Translations under genes and position numbers: made by a program
Source of the DNA: Octopus sinensis
Lineage: Eukaryota
Direction of reading: 5' to 3'
NCBI RefSeq assembly: GCF_006345805.1
Contig: NC_042997.1
Coordinates: 130,138,001 to 130,202,000 of the forward strand
Length of the DNA: 64,000 nucleotides
Notes under the pieces: model-generated
The model's database searches: none
Seen by the model: only the letters and a program-made list of their open reading frames with translations
Told to the model about the DNA's origin: nothing
Shown: positions 1-13,976 of the stretch, piece by piece
Layout of the letters: each line of letters begins with the position of its first letter
Position numbering within the stretch: the first letter of the stretch is position 1

Positions 1-38
1 ATTCGCCAAAACCAGACAAAGAGAATATACCACCAAAC
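1..38 (+). CDS. Candidate internal exon (5'-truncated by window), peptide SPKPDKENIPPN, phase-0 donor
   Basis: Frame from position 3 reads TCG CCA AAA CCA GAC AAA GAG AAT ATA CCA CCA AAC, followed by consensus donor GTAAGT at 39; only this frame stays open through the next two candidate exons. Confidence 0.55.
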
Positions 39-471
39 GTAAGTGTCTTTTTCTATTTCTCATCAATCTTCATATTCTGGAGGATAAAATGTCTTCATTT
101 CTCTAAGCAATGGATCAAAGTATTGTTATATGTCATTTATTTGGATTTACCTCAGACTATTTCATTTGATAGTAGGGAGCCATTAAAGAAAGTATTTTGT
201 TATATTCATTTAAATCTATTGTTACTATTTTTCTGTTGAAATACATTGCTTTTGGAAATTAATTTTGAAAATAACAAAGAATTTAGTAAAATAACTTTGC
301 CGTTATTAACTAGCTGGTGTTTGAAAAATAATTTAATATGAAATTTTTATGGAAGGTTTTAACTTTGATCAGTTTAAAACAGTTAAGTTTGTATCATAGA
401 ACCAGGAGTGGTCTCATATAGGTTGGTATCAAAAGGGTTAAAGGATGTGCTTCTAGCTATTGTACTATATA

Positions 472-688
472 TAATCCTTTCTACTATAGGCACAAAGCCT
501 GAAATTTGGTGGGAGAAGGTAGTCAATTACATCAGCTTCAGTGTGTAACTGGTACTAATTTTATTGACCCGGAAAGGATGAAAGGCAAAGTCAACTTCGG
601 CGCAATTTGAACTCAGAATCATAGCGGCAGATGAAACATTGCTAAGCATTTCGCCCAGCATGCTACTGATTCTACCAGCTCACCACTT
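472..688 (-). mobile_element. SINE family A copy (others: 2391-2585 +, 17843-18063 -, 18640-18770 -, 26170-26385 +, 38272-38490 -, 44517-44750 +)
   Basis: Same head and core as 15763-15999. Confidence 0.85.
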
Positions 689-3537
689 TTTTTGTACTAT
701 ATATAATGACACATGATTCGTATAAAACCAGTATGTTGTTAGAGACATGGAGTAAGATTAATAGAAGAGAATACTTATGACTATATCCTCACAATAGAAA
801 GAGAGAAAGTGAGAGAGAGACACACAATTGTAAGATATGGATTACAGCTTGTTGAAAGATGATTGCTGCAGAGGTTGAATTCCTATTCAGAAATGTTTTA
901 AGTTTATTTTTCAGTTACTTTGTATTCCACTCCTTATTTGGGTGGGCAGTGTTGTCCATAGAAAAGATTGTTCAGTCATCCAGAGTTACAAAGAATCAAG
1001 TAGTCTCTAATGTCTGAAGTAGGGGATCATCTAGTGAAACCCATTCCTGTTCATTCTAATTTGCTTCCCATCTCTGGACATTCTGTTGCAGCACCCCTGC
1101 TAGAAAAGGGAACTCAATGTAGTCTGCTGATTTAGTGAATGTAATAAATAAATAAATTTCACACATTCTTCTACTGTTTGCAAACACAGAAACAACGACA
1201 TATCAATGATCTTGAATCTATATTAAAAGCTAAATACTTCCAAACTGTTCACAACAAAACCAGTAACAAAGGCTGATATCAAACATTCCATTGCTACCTG
1301 GTGGTTTGAATCCAACCAATCGTGGCCGTTTGCCAGCCTCCTCTGGCCTCTGTGCCGGTGGCACGTAAAAAAACACCCACAGAGTGGTTGGGATTAGGAA
1401 GGGCCTCCAGCTATAGAAACACTGCCAGATCAGACTGGAGCCTGGTGCAGCCTCCATGGCTTCCCAGACCACAGTCGAACCGTCCAATCCATGCTAGCAT
1501 GGAAAACAGACGTTAAATGATGATGATATTGTGTTTGCAAACCAAACACCATATATCAATGCTTTTTACATGGCACACCAACCCTAGTGCTTTTTATGTG
1601 GCATACTGTAGAGGACAGGTCTTCTTGAGAAAAGCAATGTGCCGTATATCTGAGTCCTTTGTCATTTCCTTTGTAAGGTAGACCAAACCACAGATCAAAA
1701 AACAATCTGGCAGTAACAAAGCATTTGTTTGTAATCATTGCTGACCCAGCTTTATTGTGAATATCAAGGAAATATTGTACTAAATATCAGACACTTAATA
1801 TATGGTGTTTGGTTTACAAATAGCAGTAAATCCCAATGAAGGGCCATCTTTAGGATTCACATGAGGTTTAAATTTCCCAGTTTATACTTCATCATGTGAA
1901 GTATATATTTCCAAATTCATGTGTGTTGCTTCAAAGGTGAAGTGATGACAGAGAAAGACTTATTTAATAGCTGCTCATTAATTCAACTCCAGTGATCATG
2001 GAAAGGGGCAAGTGTGGAAGTAGCTGCCATCAGCACATTGTGGTTCTATACACTCCATATGAACTCTGCAGCTGCTACAGATGCACACTGTCATGCATCA
2101 TCATCATTTCCATGTTCCATACTGGCACGGGTTGGACAATTCAATAGGATCCGATGGGTCCAAGGACTGCATTTCGCTTGGTGTATGTTCTATGGGTGGA
2201 TATTTTTCCTGACGCCAACCACTTTGCAATATATGGTTTTTACAAGACCCCAGCATTAATGAGGCCACATTGGAGTTACTGTACACATGTACATTAACAC
2301 ACACACATGCATGCACACACACTGTCATATATACATTAACACACACACACTACACTTATGAAATATGTTTGCAATACAGATAAACATTTAAGGCAATGAG
2401 CTGGCAGAATTCTTAGCGGCATTTCATCCGTCTTTACATTCTGATTGCAAATTCCCCCAAAGTCAACTTTCCCTTCCACCCTTTTGGGGCCGATCAAATA
2501 AGTACCAGTTGAGCACTAGGGTCGATGTAACCGAATTAGACCCTCCCCTGAATTTACTGGCCCTGTGCTAAAATTTGAAACCAATATAGATAAACATCAA
2601 AATGTGTGGATAAATTTATCAAATGTTTTCTGTAACCATTGACAATGTCTTTGTCGGTAACATATTAGCTACTCCTAGCAACAATATTACTTCGGTGAAA
2701 CTCTGAGTTGAAATCAACTCTGCTTTGTTTGTAGAATTACTCTAGGTTTCTTCCAAATATTTTGTCTATAATTTGTTATTTTTAGTATTTATTTATTAAT
2801 CAATGATGGATTAAAATATATCTGCTGATAATTACTGTTGTTGGTCGTATATAATCTGTGTTTTGTTTAGATATATATATTATATATTGTATATATATGT
2901 AATAATAATTTACAGTAAACAGGTATGGTATTCATTGATATATGGAACATTCACATGTTACAGTAAAATGCCATATTACATAGCAGTTTCTACAACTGTT
3001 TTGTAATTATTACAACATTTTGATGAAACACATGTATGCTCTATAAAGCAACGAATACCATACTGGTTTTCTGTAAGTTATTATTATTTCTGGAGATGTA
3101 CTTGCATAGCAAGTGACTTGATCTGAGATTGTGTGCTGAAACAAAAACAATTGCAGCATGGAAGGTATTTATAATCCATTTAAAAAGCACGCAAAATCTG
3201 TTAGATTCACTTCAAGATTTAAATTTGATTTGTGTTAAAATATTTTTGTTGCTTTGAAATTGTGAGCTGTACCCTGACAAAATTTTGTGTGTTTATTATT
3301 ATTTGTATTATTTGGCTTGTATTCTACACTCTAGCCTACTCTGCGGTTGATGTCCCGTGTCGTACAACACTAAATACTGGAGCAGAGTGTAAAACCCACT
3401 ACTGAGCTTGCCCTTTTGTTACATATTGTTTCACAGTGCCTTATATGTATATAGTTTATTTATTTATTTTGTTTTCTATACTGTCACTAATAACATTCAT
3501 GTCACTCTACATAACCACCAGTGAAAATAATATCTTT

Positions 3538-3756
3538 ACACAGCTATCCAGGATTTTACTGTCTTCTCTTCACAGCTATTAGTCAGATTAATGCCTTCTT
3601 TATTGTTCTACCCCACAGCTACTGCTGTGATTCTAATCTTTCTCTTCATAGATACCAGTAGTACTAAAGTCCTTTCTTTACAGCTACCACAGACACCAAC
3701 ACATTCTCTATACAAAATACCAATCATTAACACTGATGCATTCTCTTCACAGTTAT
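3538..3756 (+). repeat. Degenerate ~33-bp tandem repeat of pyrimidine-tract plus (C/T)AG units
   Basis: AG ends at 3543, 3575, 3618, 3651, 3683 and 3752, mostly as cttcacag/ctttacag followed by cta/tta/ata. Confidence 0.6.
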
Positions 3757-6207
3757 TACCAAATGTTGGAGATGATATTCTTTCTTGTTACTTATCATTT
3801 CAAGAATTCTCAATATATTTATGCTTTCATGAATTACTCTTTAAATATACTCAGTATGTCTTCACTTTGATTACTGAGACTAATTCTTATTATTTCTTCT
3901 TTTAGTAATTTTGTTTTTCCTTTGTTTTTGTTTTTTTTTCAGTTTGTTTTACAGTTAGACCTCTTTGAAACAGTTATTCAATGCTGTAACTTTAAAAGTT
4001 TAAGGCTAGATGTCCTTTAAAACTGTGTTCCTCATAAGAAGCAGGGGCAGGGGTTGAACCAGGGAATTTTCAAAGGCTGAGTAGACAAATTCATCTTCAT
4101 CGTCGTCATTGTTACAATATTCATTTTTCCATGCTGGCATGGGTCAGACAGAATTTTGAGGGAAAGATTTTCTACAATCGAATGCCATATCTGTTTAGAA
4201 TTCTCACATGTTTCTGAGTAAGATAATATTTCCCTTCCACAAAAATTAAAAGCAGAGGAAGCTACTTCTATGATGCTGACACTCATTTACAACTATCATA
4301 CCATGTCAAGACAAAGAGGTACAAAGTCACATGCATACGTACACACCACACATACATTTGTGGGATGGGCCAAAAATCATGAAGTATAAAAATGCAGTTA
4401 GTGCTAACAGGTAGTACCCACAGATTTTGTGAGTTTTGGCTAACCATCATCACCACCATCACCATCATATAATGTCTGTTTTTCCATAATAGCATATGTG
4501 GGATAGCTTGACAGGAACCGGCAATCCGGAGGATTGCTTTGGCATAGTTTCTATGGCTGGATGCCAACCTCTCTGCAGAGTTTACTGAGTGGTTTTTATG
4601 TGGCACTAGCACTAGTGAGGTCACTGAGTAACGTACAAGACATGACCTCTCAACTGAGTGGGGAGTGATATTGAATAAGGTATCTTTATACCAGGTTATG
4701 TCAGGCTAAAGTATGATAGAGGAACAAGTGTTTTGCTGTAGGGAAGATAAATGGTTGCCCCACTTGATGAAAACAACAGTTGGTGACAAAGATGTATTGG
4801 GACATACCTTCAAGTAACAGGAAGGTGAATTATAAGAGAAGTGGTGTGAGATGGTGTAAGTAATTATACTGTTGTGTGAGAGGAGAGTGGCAGATAAACA
4901 TAGATGGTCAGTTGTGAATATCAGCTGGAGGGGAAGGTAATTGGAGTAGGTTGGGTCAGGGTAGTAATAAGTGGCAGTAGAGATGTTGTGGAGTGTGTGA
5001 AAGAGATGCACAATGCCCATGATGAAGTCAGGTACATTAGGGTGGAAATGGTTGGAGACAAACTAGTAAGGGGTGGGGCTGCCATTGGCAAAATGTGATA
5101 ATGCTAAAATAGCTTCAAAATCACTGTTATATAACTAAAATAACCAGTGTGTTTATGTATTACATCTGGTTATCAAATAAAATATATTTTAGGCTTAAAA
5201 CAAATGATCATTGATTACTTCTCTTTTCTAGAATGTAACCATGACAGGAGCTGTGAAAGGGAAAAAAAATTCTTTCTCTACTAAAAATACACCTACACAA
5301 CTAGAACTATCCATTTTTTAGTACTCTGTCCCTCTGATACACACACTCACTAATAACTAGCTTTCCAGAGTACCATAAACCTGTGGTATCACATCTCAGT
5401 CTCCATATGTGCCACCAGCCTGTCATGTCACATATATTTATCTTGCATCATGTCACCAGCCTGTGGTGCAGTGTGTGTTATATATATTCTTTTATTTCTT
5501 TTACTTGTTTTGGTCATTTGACTGCGGCCATGCTGGAGTACTGCCTTGAAGGATTTTAGTCAAACAAATTGACCGCAGGACTTATTTTTCAAGTCTATTA
5601 CTTATTGTATCAGTCTTTTTTGCTGAACCGCTATGTTATGGGGACATAAACACACCACCAGCAGTTGTTAAGCAGTGATGGGGAGGACACACACACACAC
5701 ACACACACTCAGTGGTGCATACATATATATGTGCCTATATGATGAGCTTCTTTCAGTTTCCATCTACCAAGCTCTCTCACAAGGTTTTGATCAGCCCAAG
5801 ACTATAGCAGAAGACACTTACTCAAGGTGTCATGCAATGGGACTGAACCTAGAACCATGTGGTTGGGAAACAAGCTTCTTAACACAGCTACTCCTGCACC
5901 TATATATATTCTTTACTGTCCTTTTATTCTTTTACTTGTTTCAGTCATTTGACTGTGACCATGCTGGAGCACCGCCTATAGTCAAGCAAATCAACTCGAG
6001 GACTTATTCTTTGTAAGCCTAGTACTTGTTCTAGCATGTAAAGTGGTACTCTTTGTGTGTGAGCTAGGGCGGTTTCTTCAATCTCAATATAAGCTATTTA
6101 TTTTCAATGTCACAATGACCTGATTTAATTATATTCAGCTGAGAACGTTTCAAAAAACTTCTTTTATATTCATTTACCATGTTGCTGTAAAATGGAAATT
6201 TGGTGTA

Positions 6208-6239
<32 letters not shown>

Positions 6240-6424
6240 CAATAAGAAAATAGAGGAGAACAATAGGTGGTTCATCAACTTTTAGACATTATATTATGTT
6301 AACTTATTTATTTATTTACTAAACTGATAATTACAATAATATACATACATATAACATATTATTCGTTACATATAAGATATAAAATATAGTAATATATAAG
6401 AATATACTCTTTACTCTCTCTCTT

Positions 6425-6822
6425 TTACTCTTTTACTTGTTTCAGTCAGTTGACTGCGGCCATGCTGGAGCACCGCCTTTAGTCGAGCAACTCGACCCCG
6501 GGACTTATTCTTTGTAAGCCCAGTACTTATTCTATCGGTCTCTTTTGCCAACCGCTAAGTAACGGGGACATAAACACACCAGCATCGGTTGTCAAGCAAT
6601 GCTAGGGGGGACAAACACAGACACACAAACATACACGCACACATATATATATATACATATATACGATGGGCTTCTTTCAGTTTCCGTCTACAAAATCCAC
6701 TCACAAGGCTTTGGTTGGCCCGAGGCTATAGTAGAAGACACTTGCCCAAGGTGCCACGCAGTGGGACTGAACCTGGAACCATGTGGTTGGTAAGCAAGCT
6801 ACTTACCACACAGTCACTCCTG
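6425..6822 (-). mobile_element. tRNA-derived SINE family B (others: 5490-5905 -, 5925-6035 -, 10315-10445 +, 19490-19672 -, 22490-22640 +, 60880-61262 -, 61572-61985 -, 62718-63062 +, 63735-64000 -)
   Basis: Head gtggctgtgtggtaag...ggttcagtcccactgcgtggcaccttgggcaagtgtcttctactatagcc, internal (TA/TG)n, tail ...gactgaaacaagtaaaaga. Confidence 0.9.
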
Positions 6823-6964
6823 CGCATTTATTTTAGATCATTATGACTACCTTTGATTTCGCCTTGCTACTTGATTTAGACAGAAGGCTTGTTGAGAACT
6901 TTTTATTAATTGAAGTGATATTCTGAGATGTTACAGTTCTATATTTAAGAGATGAGAAATTATG

Positions 6965-7481
6965 TAGATTATTTACATTATTTACATTTGACAGATATTT
7001 GTCCTCGTCTTGTTTGTTGTTAGCACAACGTTTCGGCTGATATACCCTCCAGCTTTCGTCGAGTGCCTTGGGGAAATTTTGAACATGGGTCCTCGTTCCT
7101 TAAGGTATTTTTCTATGTTGTTGTTGTTGTTGTTGTTCTTGTTCTTCTTCTTCTTCTTCTTCTTTTCCTCCTCCTCCTCCTTCAGATCACTACCTCGAAT
7201 CAAACTCGGAATCTTGGGGTCAGTAGGCCGCACTCTTAACCACTGGTTAAGAGCGCGGCTTACTAACCCCGTGATTCTGAGTTCAATTCCAGGCAGTGAC
7301 CTGAATAATAATAATAATAATAACAACAACAACGAAAAATATCTTAGGAATGAGAACCCAGGTTCGAAATTTCCCCAAGACACCTGATGAAGGCTGGAGG
7401 GTATATCAGCTGAAACATTGTGTTAACAACAAACAAGATGAGGACAAATATCCATCAAATGTAAATAATGTAAATAATCTA
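6965..7481. mobile_element. Head-to-head inverted dimer of a tRNA-head SINE with Penelope-type hammerhead tail (fold-back element)
   Basis: Arms are reverse complements from tagattatttacatt to aatgtaaataatcta; centre ttaacca-c-tggttaa at 7243; each arm has A-box/B-box-like head, trinucleotide tract and hammerhead-like tail. Confidence 0.75.
7379..7424 (+). ncRNA. Hammerhead-like motif, same family as 42999-43044, stem III palindrome mutated
   Basis: GACAC CTGATGA A GGCTG...CAGCT GAAA CATT GTGTT. Confidence 0.5.
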
Positions 7482-7887
7482 TTCTGAGATTTGTTTATGA
7501 CAAAGTTTGCTTTGTTATGTACTAGTATAACTTCTTTTTTTTATATATATATGAGAGACTGTCATCATCATCATCATCTGATGTTTTAAATCCAGGTTTT
7601 GTCCCCATTAATGGGAGTGGCCGGATCTACCTCAGTGCTATAGCAATCGCTCTCACACCATCTCGCCATCTTGCCCGGTTTTAGGCACCCTCATTTCTCA
7701 AGCCAACTCTCCCAATCTCCTCCTCCACCTGTCCCCTCCATTTTTTCCTTGGTCTACCTTGCTTTTGTGGTCCATTTACCTCAAATGCAAGCACCCACAG
7801 TCACTTGTCAAAATCAATATATGAATGCCATTTAGATTTGAAACTGTTTTTATGTAGTATTTGCATTGAAATTGATATTTCTGTTAG

Positions 7888-7924
7888 GTCACCCATAACG
7901 GAAAAGCAAGATATAAAGTTTTCT
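7888..7924 (+). CDS. Candidate exon VTHNGKARYKVF, phase 0 to 1
   Basis: Acceptor tgatatttctgttag at 7873-7887, donor gtaaga at 7925; phases join exon 1-38 to exon 15017. Confidence 0.45.
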
Positions 7925-10900
7925 GTAAGATTGGTAACTTACAGGTTATTTAATGACAGCAAGAAGGTTTTATGATGATATAGTTATTCATTGTAGGCCT
8001 GTTATATGGGCTTGGATATTGTTTTACTAAGCTAAAAGTTTGACAGCTTATCGACCTGTACTCAAAAGAGCTATATATTTATATCGTTGTTGTTTGTTCC
8101 TCCTTGAGCCATGCTTGGCTCATAAGGGCCAATTTCCAGGTTTCATTGGCGTATAGGTTCCCCACCTGGACAGGATGTCGGTCCTTCGCAGCTGAGCTGC
8201 AAGATGCTGGAGGAAAGAATGAAAGAAATTTGTGGTGTAAGAGTCTGCAGAAGTTCACCATTACTTTCTGCCGGAGGCACGTGGAGCTTAGCTGTTTTGC
8301 TCTTAAGCACACACTTTGCCTGGTCTGAGATTCGAACCCACAATCCCTTGACCACGAGTCTGCTGCTCTAACCAGTAGGCCATTTGCCTCCACATTGGCA
8401 TACTTAAATCATCTTAAAAAGCATTTGATTAGTTATGGAAAAAAATTTTGAAATATCACACGTGTTTGATATTGCAGGTTGTTTGTTGATATTGATGGTG
8501 TGTGGCCTAGCGGTTAGGGTTTTGGGCTCATGATCCTAAGGTCATGAGTTCAATTCCTGGCAGCACATTGTGTCTTTGAGCAAGACATTTTATTTCACAT
8601 TTCTCCAGTCCACTCGGCCAAAATTCAAAGCCAAATATAATGTGTGTGTGTGTAAATATATTTATGTAACAGTTAACATATTTTTTGATGTAACTAAATA
8701 TGATTGGTTAATTCACATTACACAACCAACCATTCTTCTCATACCAACTACCACATCAGCCACCTCTCTCTCTCTCTCTTTAAATAACTCACCACTCTCT
8801 CTCTCTCTCTCTCATGGTACCTCTCCTCCACAACTCATACTTGTTCTCTTTATCTTTCATTCACTGAATTACATCATCTACTTCCTGCCCCACATTTTAT
8901 CTCATTCACATCTTTTTCACTTTCTTCCACCATCACATTCAATTTACAATTTGGTCATATGACTGTCTGAAACTTTTAACTTGGTTATGCAATGTGACCT
9001 CTGTTTTATAAGTTAGTTGGGTGAGATTAAGGATTTGGCTGCTATTTCTAGTGGATAAAGTAGCTGTAGATAGGCTCCTTGATTTGACTGGGATTTCGGT
9101 GTTTTTGTGAAATAGCTAAAATTCAACCAAGAAAATATATCAATCTTGTTTCTAATTTACTTTCATACAGTTTCAATGAAATATGATAAACCAGATCAAA
9201 CAGGTTTTATTATGTGCTGGTGGCACGTGAACAAAACATTCGAGCGAAGTCGTTGCCAGTGCTGCTTGACTGACTCCTGTGCAGGTTGCATGTAAAAAAC
9301 ACCATTTTCGAGTGTGGCCGTTGCCAGTACCGCCAGACTGGCCCTCAAAAACACCATTTTCGAGCGTAGCCATTCCCAGTACTGCCAGACTGGCCCTCAT
9401 GCCAGTGGCACTTTAAAAGCACCCACTACACTCTCGGAGTGGTTGGCGTTAGGAAGGGCATCCAGCTGTAGAAACTCTGCCAGATCAGATTGGAGCCTGG
9501 CGCAGCCATCTGGTTCGCCAGTCCTCAGTCAAATTGTCCAACCCATGCTAGCATGGAAAGTGAACGTTAAATGATGGTGATAATGATTACATGAAACAGA
9601 AGGTCTGAGATATATGAGATATATTAAGAAAGCTGGAATGATATTATATTGTTATGTCTCCTCCAAAAGTAACAACTAACTCACTCCATAGCTTTGTAAT
9701 GTTAATATCGATACATAGTATCAAGGTTATAGAGGAGACAGTCGATTAAATTCAGCTGTGTTTCTTCTATAAATTTAGTACCCTGTGCTGATGATGATCA
9801 TCATCATTGTTTAATGTCCGTTTTCCATGCTGGCATGGGTTGGATGGTTCGACTGGGGTCTGGGAAGCCAGGAGGCCGCACCAGACTCCAGTCTGATCTG
9901 GCAGTGTTTCTAGAGCTGGATGCCCTTCCTAACGCCAACCACTCCAAGAGTGTAGCGGGTACTTTTTACCTGCCACCGGCACAGGGCCCAGAAAGGGCTG
10001 GCAACAACCACAACCAGTTGGTGTTTTTTACATGCCACCGGCACAGAAGCCAGCATGGAAAACGTGGATGTGAAAATGACATGATGATGATGCTAAAGAG
10101 AAGTATGGAAAAACCAAGGGACAGTGAAGAAAACAGGTTGAAAAAAAAAAATGTTTCTGTCTCCTTGATGTTAAAACCTTTAAGATCACCGGGAAAGCTT
10201 CAGCAACATTTGGAATCTCTCCTGATAAACAAACCTTCCAATTTAACAGTAACAAGTCTTCTTTAGGGACAGAAAATGACCCAGCCCCCAACAATTAGGT
10301 GGTGGTATGACTTGCTTCCATAACCATGTGATTTCAGGTTCAACATATTGGGCGTCTTCTTCCATATAGCCCCAGGTCAACCAAAGCTTTGTGAGAGAAT
10401 TTGGTTGATGGAAACTGAAAGAAGCTCATCATGTGTATGTGTGTACCTTTGTCTTGACATCAGATGATATCAATGTTATAAAGCTGTGCATTAGTCATGT
10501 AAATTTGGAGAACCATTAGAACATTATGTCATTCCCACTTCCTTTATATATCTGAGATACTTGTATCAACTCAAGAAGTATGTCAACCTGTCAGAATCTG
10601 TATTTGAATTTAGTATGTAGCTCAAAACTAAATTGTTTAAAGTATTTTGTCTCTCTACAGCTTTTTTATTTTTATTTATTTTTTTTTTTGCTATCAAGCA
10701 CATAAAATACCACGTATATAGAATAGAGACATGGATATTATTCCTTTAATTCAGACACTGAACAGGTTACAAAACATTTTTGTAACCCTCCAGCTCAAGA
10801 GGGATCTTTAACAATAAAAGATCGGTCTGTTCTTATTTCTGAGAAAGGACAGACAGTTTGGTTTTGATATTTTGCCTAAACTGTACACAGTAAAACCATG

Positions 10901-11104
10901 AGCTAATGAAGGAGTCTATACTTGGTCCCTAGACCTGCTAGAAATAAAAGCCAAATTTTTTTTTTAAATATGACCCAACTGTCTCAATGGAAGTAAGATG
11001 GATAATGTGACCCTGGGCACGCTTGTTTGAAAACAAAACTGGGACAGTCATATTTATGTTAATCTGCTTTATCTTGATTGATGCAAATGATCTTATGATT
11101 TGTA

Positions 11105-13976
11105 ATACAAACTTCGGGAAACTTGCCAGTTACCTGGTCACCTACATGTCTGGTTGAGACGCTAGTCAGATTGACTACATCATCGCTAGGAAATGGGAAA
11201 GATGGTTATTTATAAATGCCAAAACCTTCCCAGGTGAAGAATGCGCCCCACATCATAGATTAGTAGTTAGCGACTTCAGGATCAGGGCTAAATGGATGCC
11301 CAGAAGACAAGCAGTATAGAAAAGAAGGGTCTGGAAGCTTAAGGCTCCTGTGAATGGACAGATTTAGAGATGTATTACTCAAAGTTTTTGTTGAAATAGA
11401 GGAGTATATAGCATCACATAATGTATAAGACAACTGGAAGTTCCTACAGAACAACCTTTTATGGGCTACTGACCAGATCTGTGGATGGTGCAAAGTCCCC
11501 TCTCGACTTAAGGTAATGTGGTGGTGGAACAATGTAGATGACAGGGCCATTAGGAAAAAGGAACAGGCATGGAAAGACTGGCAGTACGGTGGTAGCAGGG
11601 AACTGTATCTGCTTGCCAGAAGGGAAGCTAGGAGACAGGTTTACTTAGCCAGAGAGGAAGCAAATAAGAAAAAATTTGTTAATGTTTTGTGTCATGAAGA
11701 CCGAAGACTTGAAGTGTTTTGTGTTGCAAGACAGTGTGTGAGAGAGAATCATGATGTCATAGGAGAGATACATGGATGATGGCTCGCTTGTAGTTAATGA
11801 GGCTGCAAAGAGAGAGACTTGAAGACACCACTATGAAAAGTTGCTAAATGAAGAGAATGAATGGGAGAAAGAGAGTCTGCCAAATGTCGACCCAACAGAG
11901 GGATCAGCTATTCGAATTGACAGTACCTTGGTAGATAAAGCAATTAAGGGTATGAAAACAGGGAAAGCCCCTGGCCTATCAGGAATCACTACTGAGATGC
12001 TTAAAATATCTGGCGGTGTAAGCTATAGTCTAGTCACCCATATAGTCAACCAAGTAATAAAAGAAGGAATCATACCCAATGACTGGTATAGCAGCACCAT
12101 AGTCAACTGCTACAAAGGTAAAGGTGATGCATTAGATAGAAATAATTACAGAGGTATCAAGTTGTTGGAGCAGGCAATGAAAGTTAGGGAGAGGGTCATA
12201 GCCCAACTAATTAGGGAGAGAGTTAGTTTAGACAATGTGCAGTTTGGGTTTGTGCCAAGGAGAAGCACCACTGGTAAGACAGCTGTAGGAGAAATACCTA
12301 GCCAAAGATAAACCTCTGTACTTGGCTTTCATTGACATGGAGAAAGCCTTTGACAGTGTGCCCCTATACCTTATCTGGTGGTCAATGTGGAAACTAGAGA
12401 TAGATGAGTGGTTAGTGAGAGCTGTACAAGCCATGTGCAGGGATGCTGTCAGTAAGATGAGGGTTAGCAATGAGTATAGTGAAGTATTCCAGGTAGGGGT
12501 AGAGGTCCACCAAGGATCAGTCCTCAGCCCCTCTTATTCAACATAGTTCTCCAGGCAATAACAGAGGAATTCAAGACAGGATTCCCCTGAGAGCTCCTAT
12601 ATGCTGATGACCTTGCTCTAATAGCTGAGTCACTATCAGAACTAGAGGAGAAGTTTTAGGTGTGGAAGCAAGGTTTAGAGTCGAAGGGCCTTAGAGTGAA
12701 TCTAGCGAAAACCAAGGTCTTAGTAAGTAGGAAGACAGACAAAACACAAATCCTTTCAGGTAGATGGCCTTGCTCATTCTGTAGAAAAGGTGTTGGTAGA
12801 AACTCCCATAAGTTGTACCTGGTGTAAGCTATGGACACGTAAGAGGTGCAGCAATATCAAAGGAAGGCTAACTGGGAAGATAGTTTTTGTGTGTGGCAAA
12901 TGCACAGGGGCAATAAACAGTGAAAATGTGGAGCAAACAGCTTCCGTCACATGCCAGGGGGAAAAACTAGAAGTAGTTGATAGCATCCATTACCTAGATG
13001 ACCAAGTCAGTCGTGAGGGTGGATGCTCTCAGAGCGTAGCTGCTAGAATAAGAATAGCCTGGGCAAAGTTCAAGAAGCACCTACCTCTGCTGGTAACAAA
13101 GAGTCTCTTGCTCAGAGTAAAAGGTAGACTGTATGATACATATGTGCTACACAGCAGTTAAACATGGGCTGTGACTGCTGAAGACATGCGTAAGCTTGCA
13201 AGAAATGGAGCTAGTATGATCCGCTGGATGTGTAATTTCAGTGTGCGCACACAGCAGAGTGTAAGTGCCCTGAGTGAAAAGTTGGACATAAGAAGCATCA
13301 GATGTGGTGTGCAAGAGAGACAACTGTGCTGGTATGGTCATGTGTTGCGTATGGATAAGAACAGCTGTGTGAAAAAATGTTACACCCTAAGTGGAGGGAA
13401 CCTGTGGAAGAGGTAGACCCAGGAAGACCTGAGATGAGGTGGTGAAGCACAACCTTTGAGCTTTGAGCTTCACGGAGGCGATGACAAGTGACCAAGGTCT
13501 TTGGAGATGGCAAGCCAAGTGAGACCCTAACCGTGGCCTATGTCAGTGTAGTATAAGAGTACCCTTCAATCATTGGGCAATAAACTGTGCTTGAGAAGAC
13601 CTGTTGAGTCAAGTGTAATCATTGTCATGGCTAATACCTGTACTGCCTGACTAGCACTTATGCCGGTGACACATAAAAAGCACCATTCATATGTAGTCGT
13701 TGCCAGTGCTGCCTGACTGGCTCCCATGCCGGTGGTACATAAGAAGCACCATTCGAGTGTGATCAATGCTATTACCACCTGACTGGCCATCAAGCTAGTG
13801 GCATGTAAAAAGCACCCACTACACTCTCTGAGTGGTTGGCGTTAGGAAGGGCATCTAGCTGTGGAAACCTTGCCATACCAGATTGGAGCCTGACGCAGCC
13901 TTCTGGCTTGCCAGTCTTCAGTCAAACCATCTAACTGATGCCAGCATGGAAAGCAGATGTTAAACGATGATGATGA
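11105..13976 (+). mobile_element. 5'-truncated, frameshifted RTE-clade LINE with 3' tail ending (GAT)n
   Basis: SQIDYI (EN end), KTGKAPG, NYRGIKLL, FIDMEKAFD, VHQGSVLSP, LLYADDLALI (~12595-12625), RIRIAWAKF, WYGHVLRM; tail ends gttaaacgatgatgatga. Confidence 0.92.

Noticed and set aside
915-1135. Possible exon after ttttcag at 914 and short ORF MSEVGDH...
   Set aside because: Frames end in stops, the donor is weak, and the gene model does not need it
5232-5321. Acceptor plus 29-codon phase-0 frame as an alternative terminal exon
   Set aside because: No donor, polyadenylation support or homology; cannot be separated from chance
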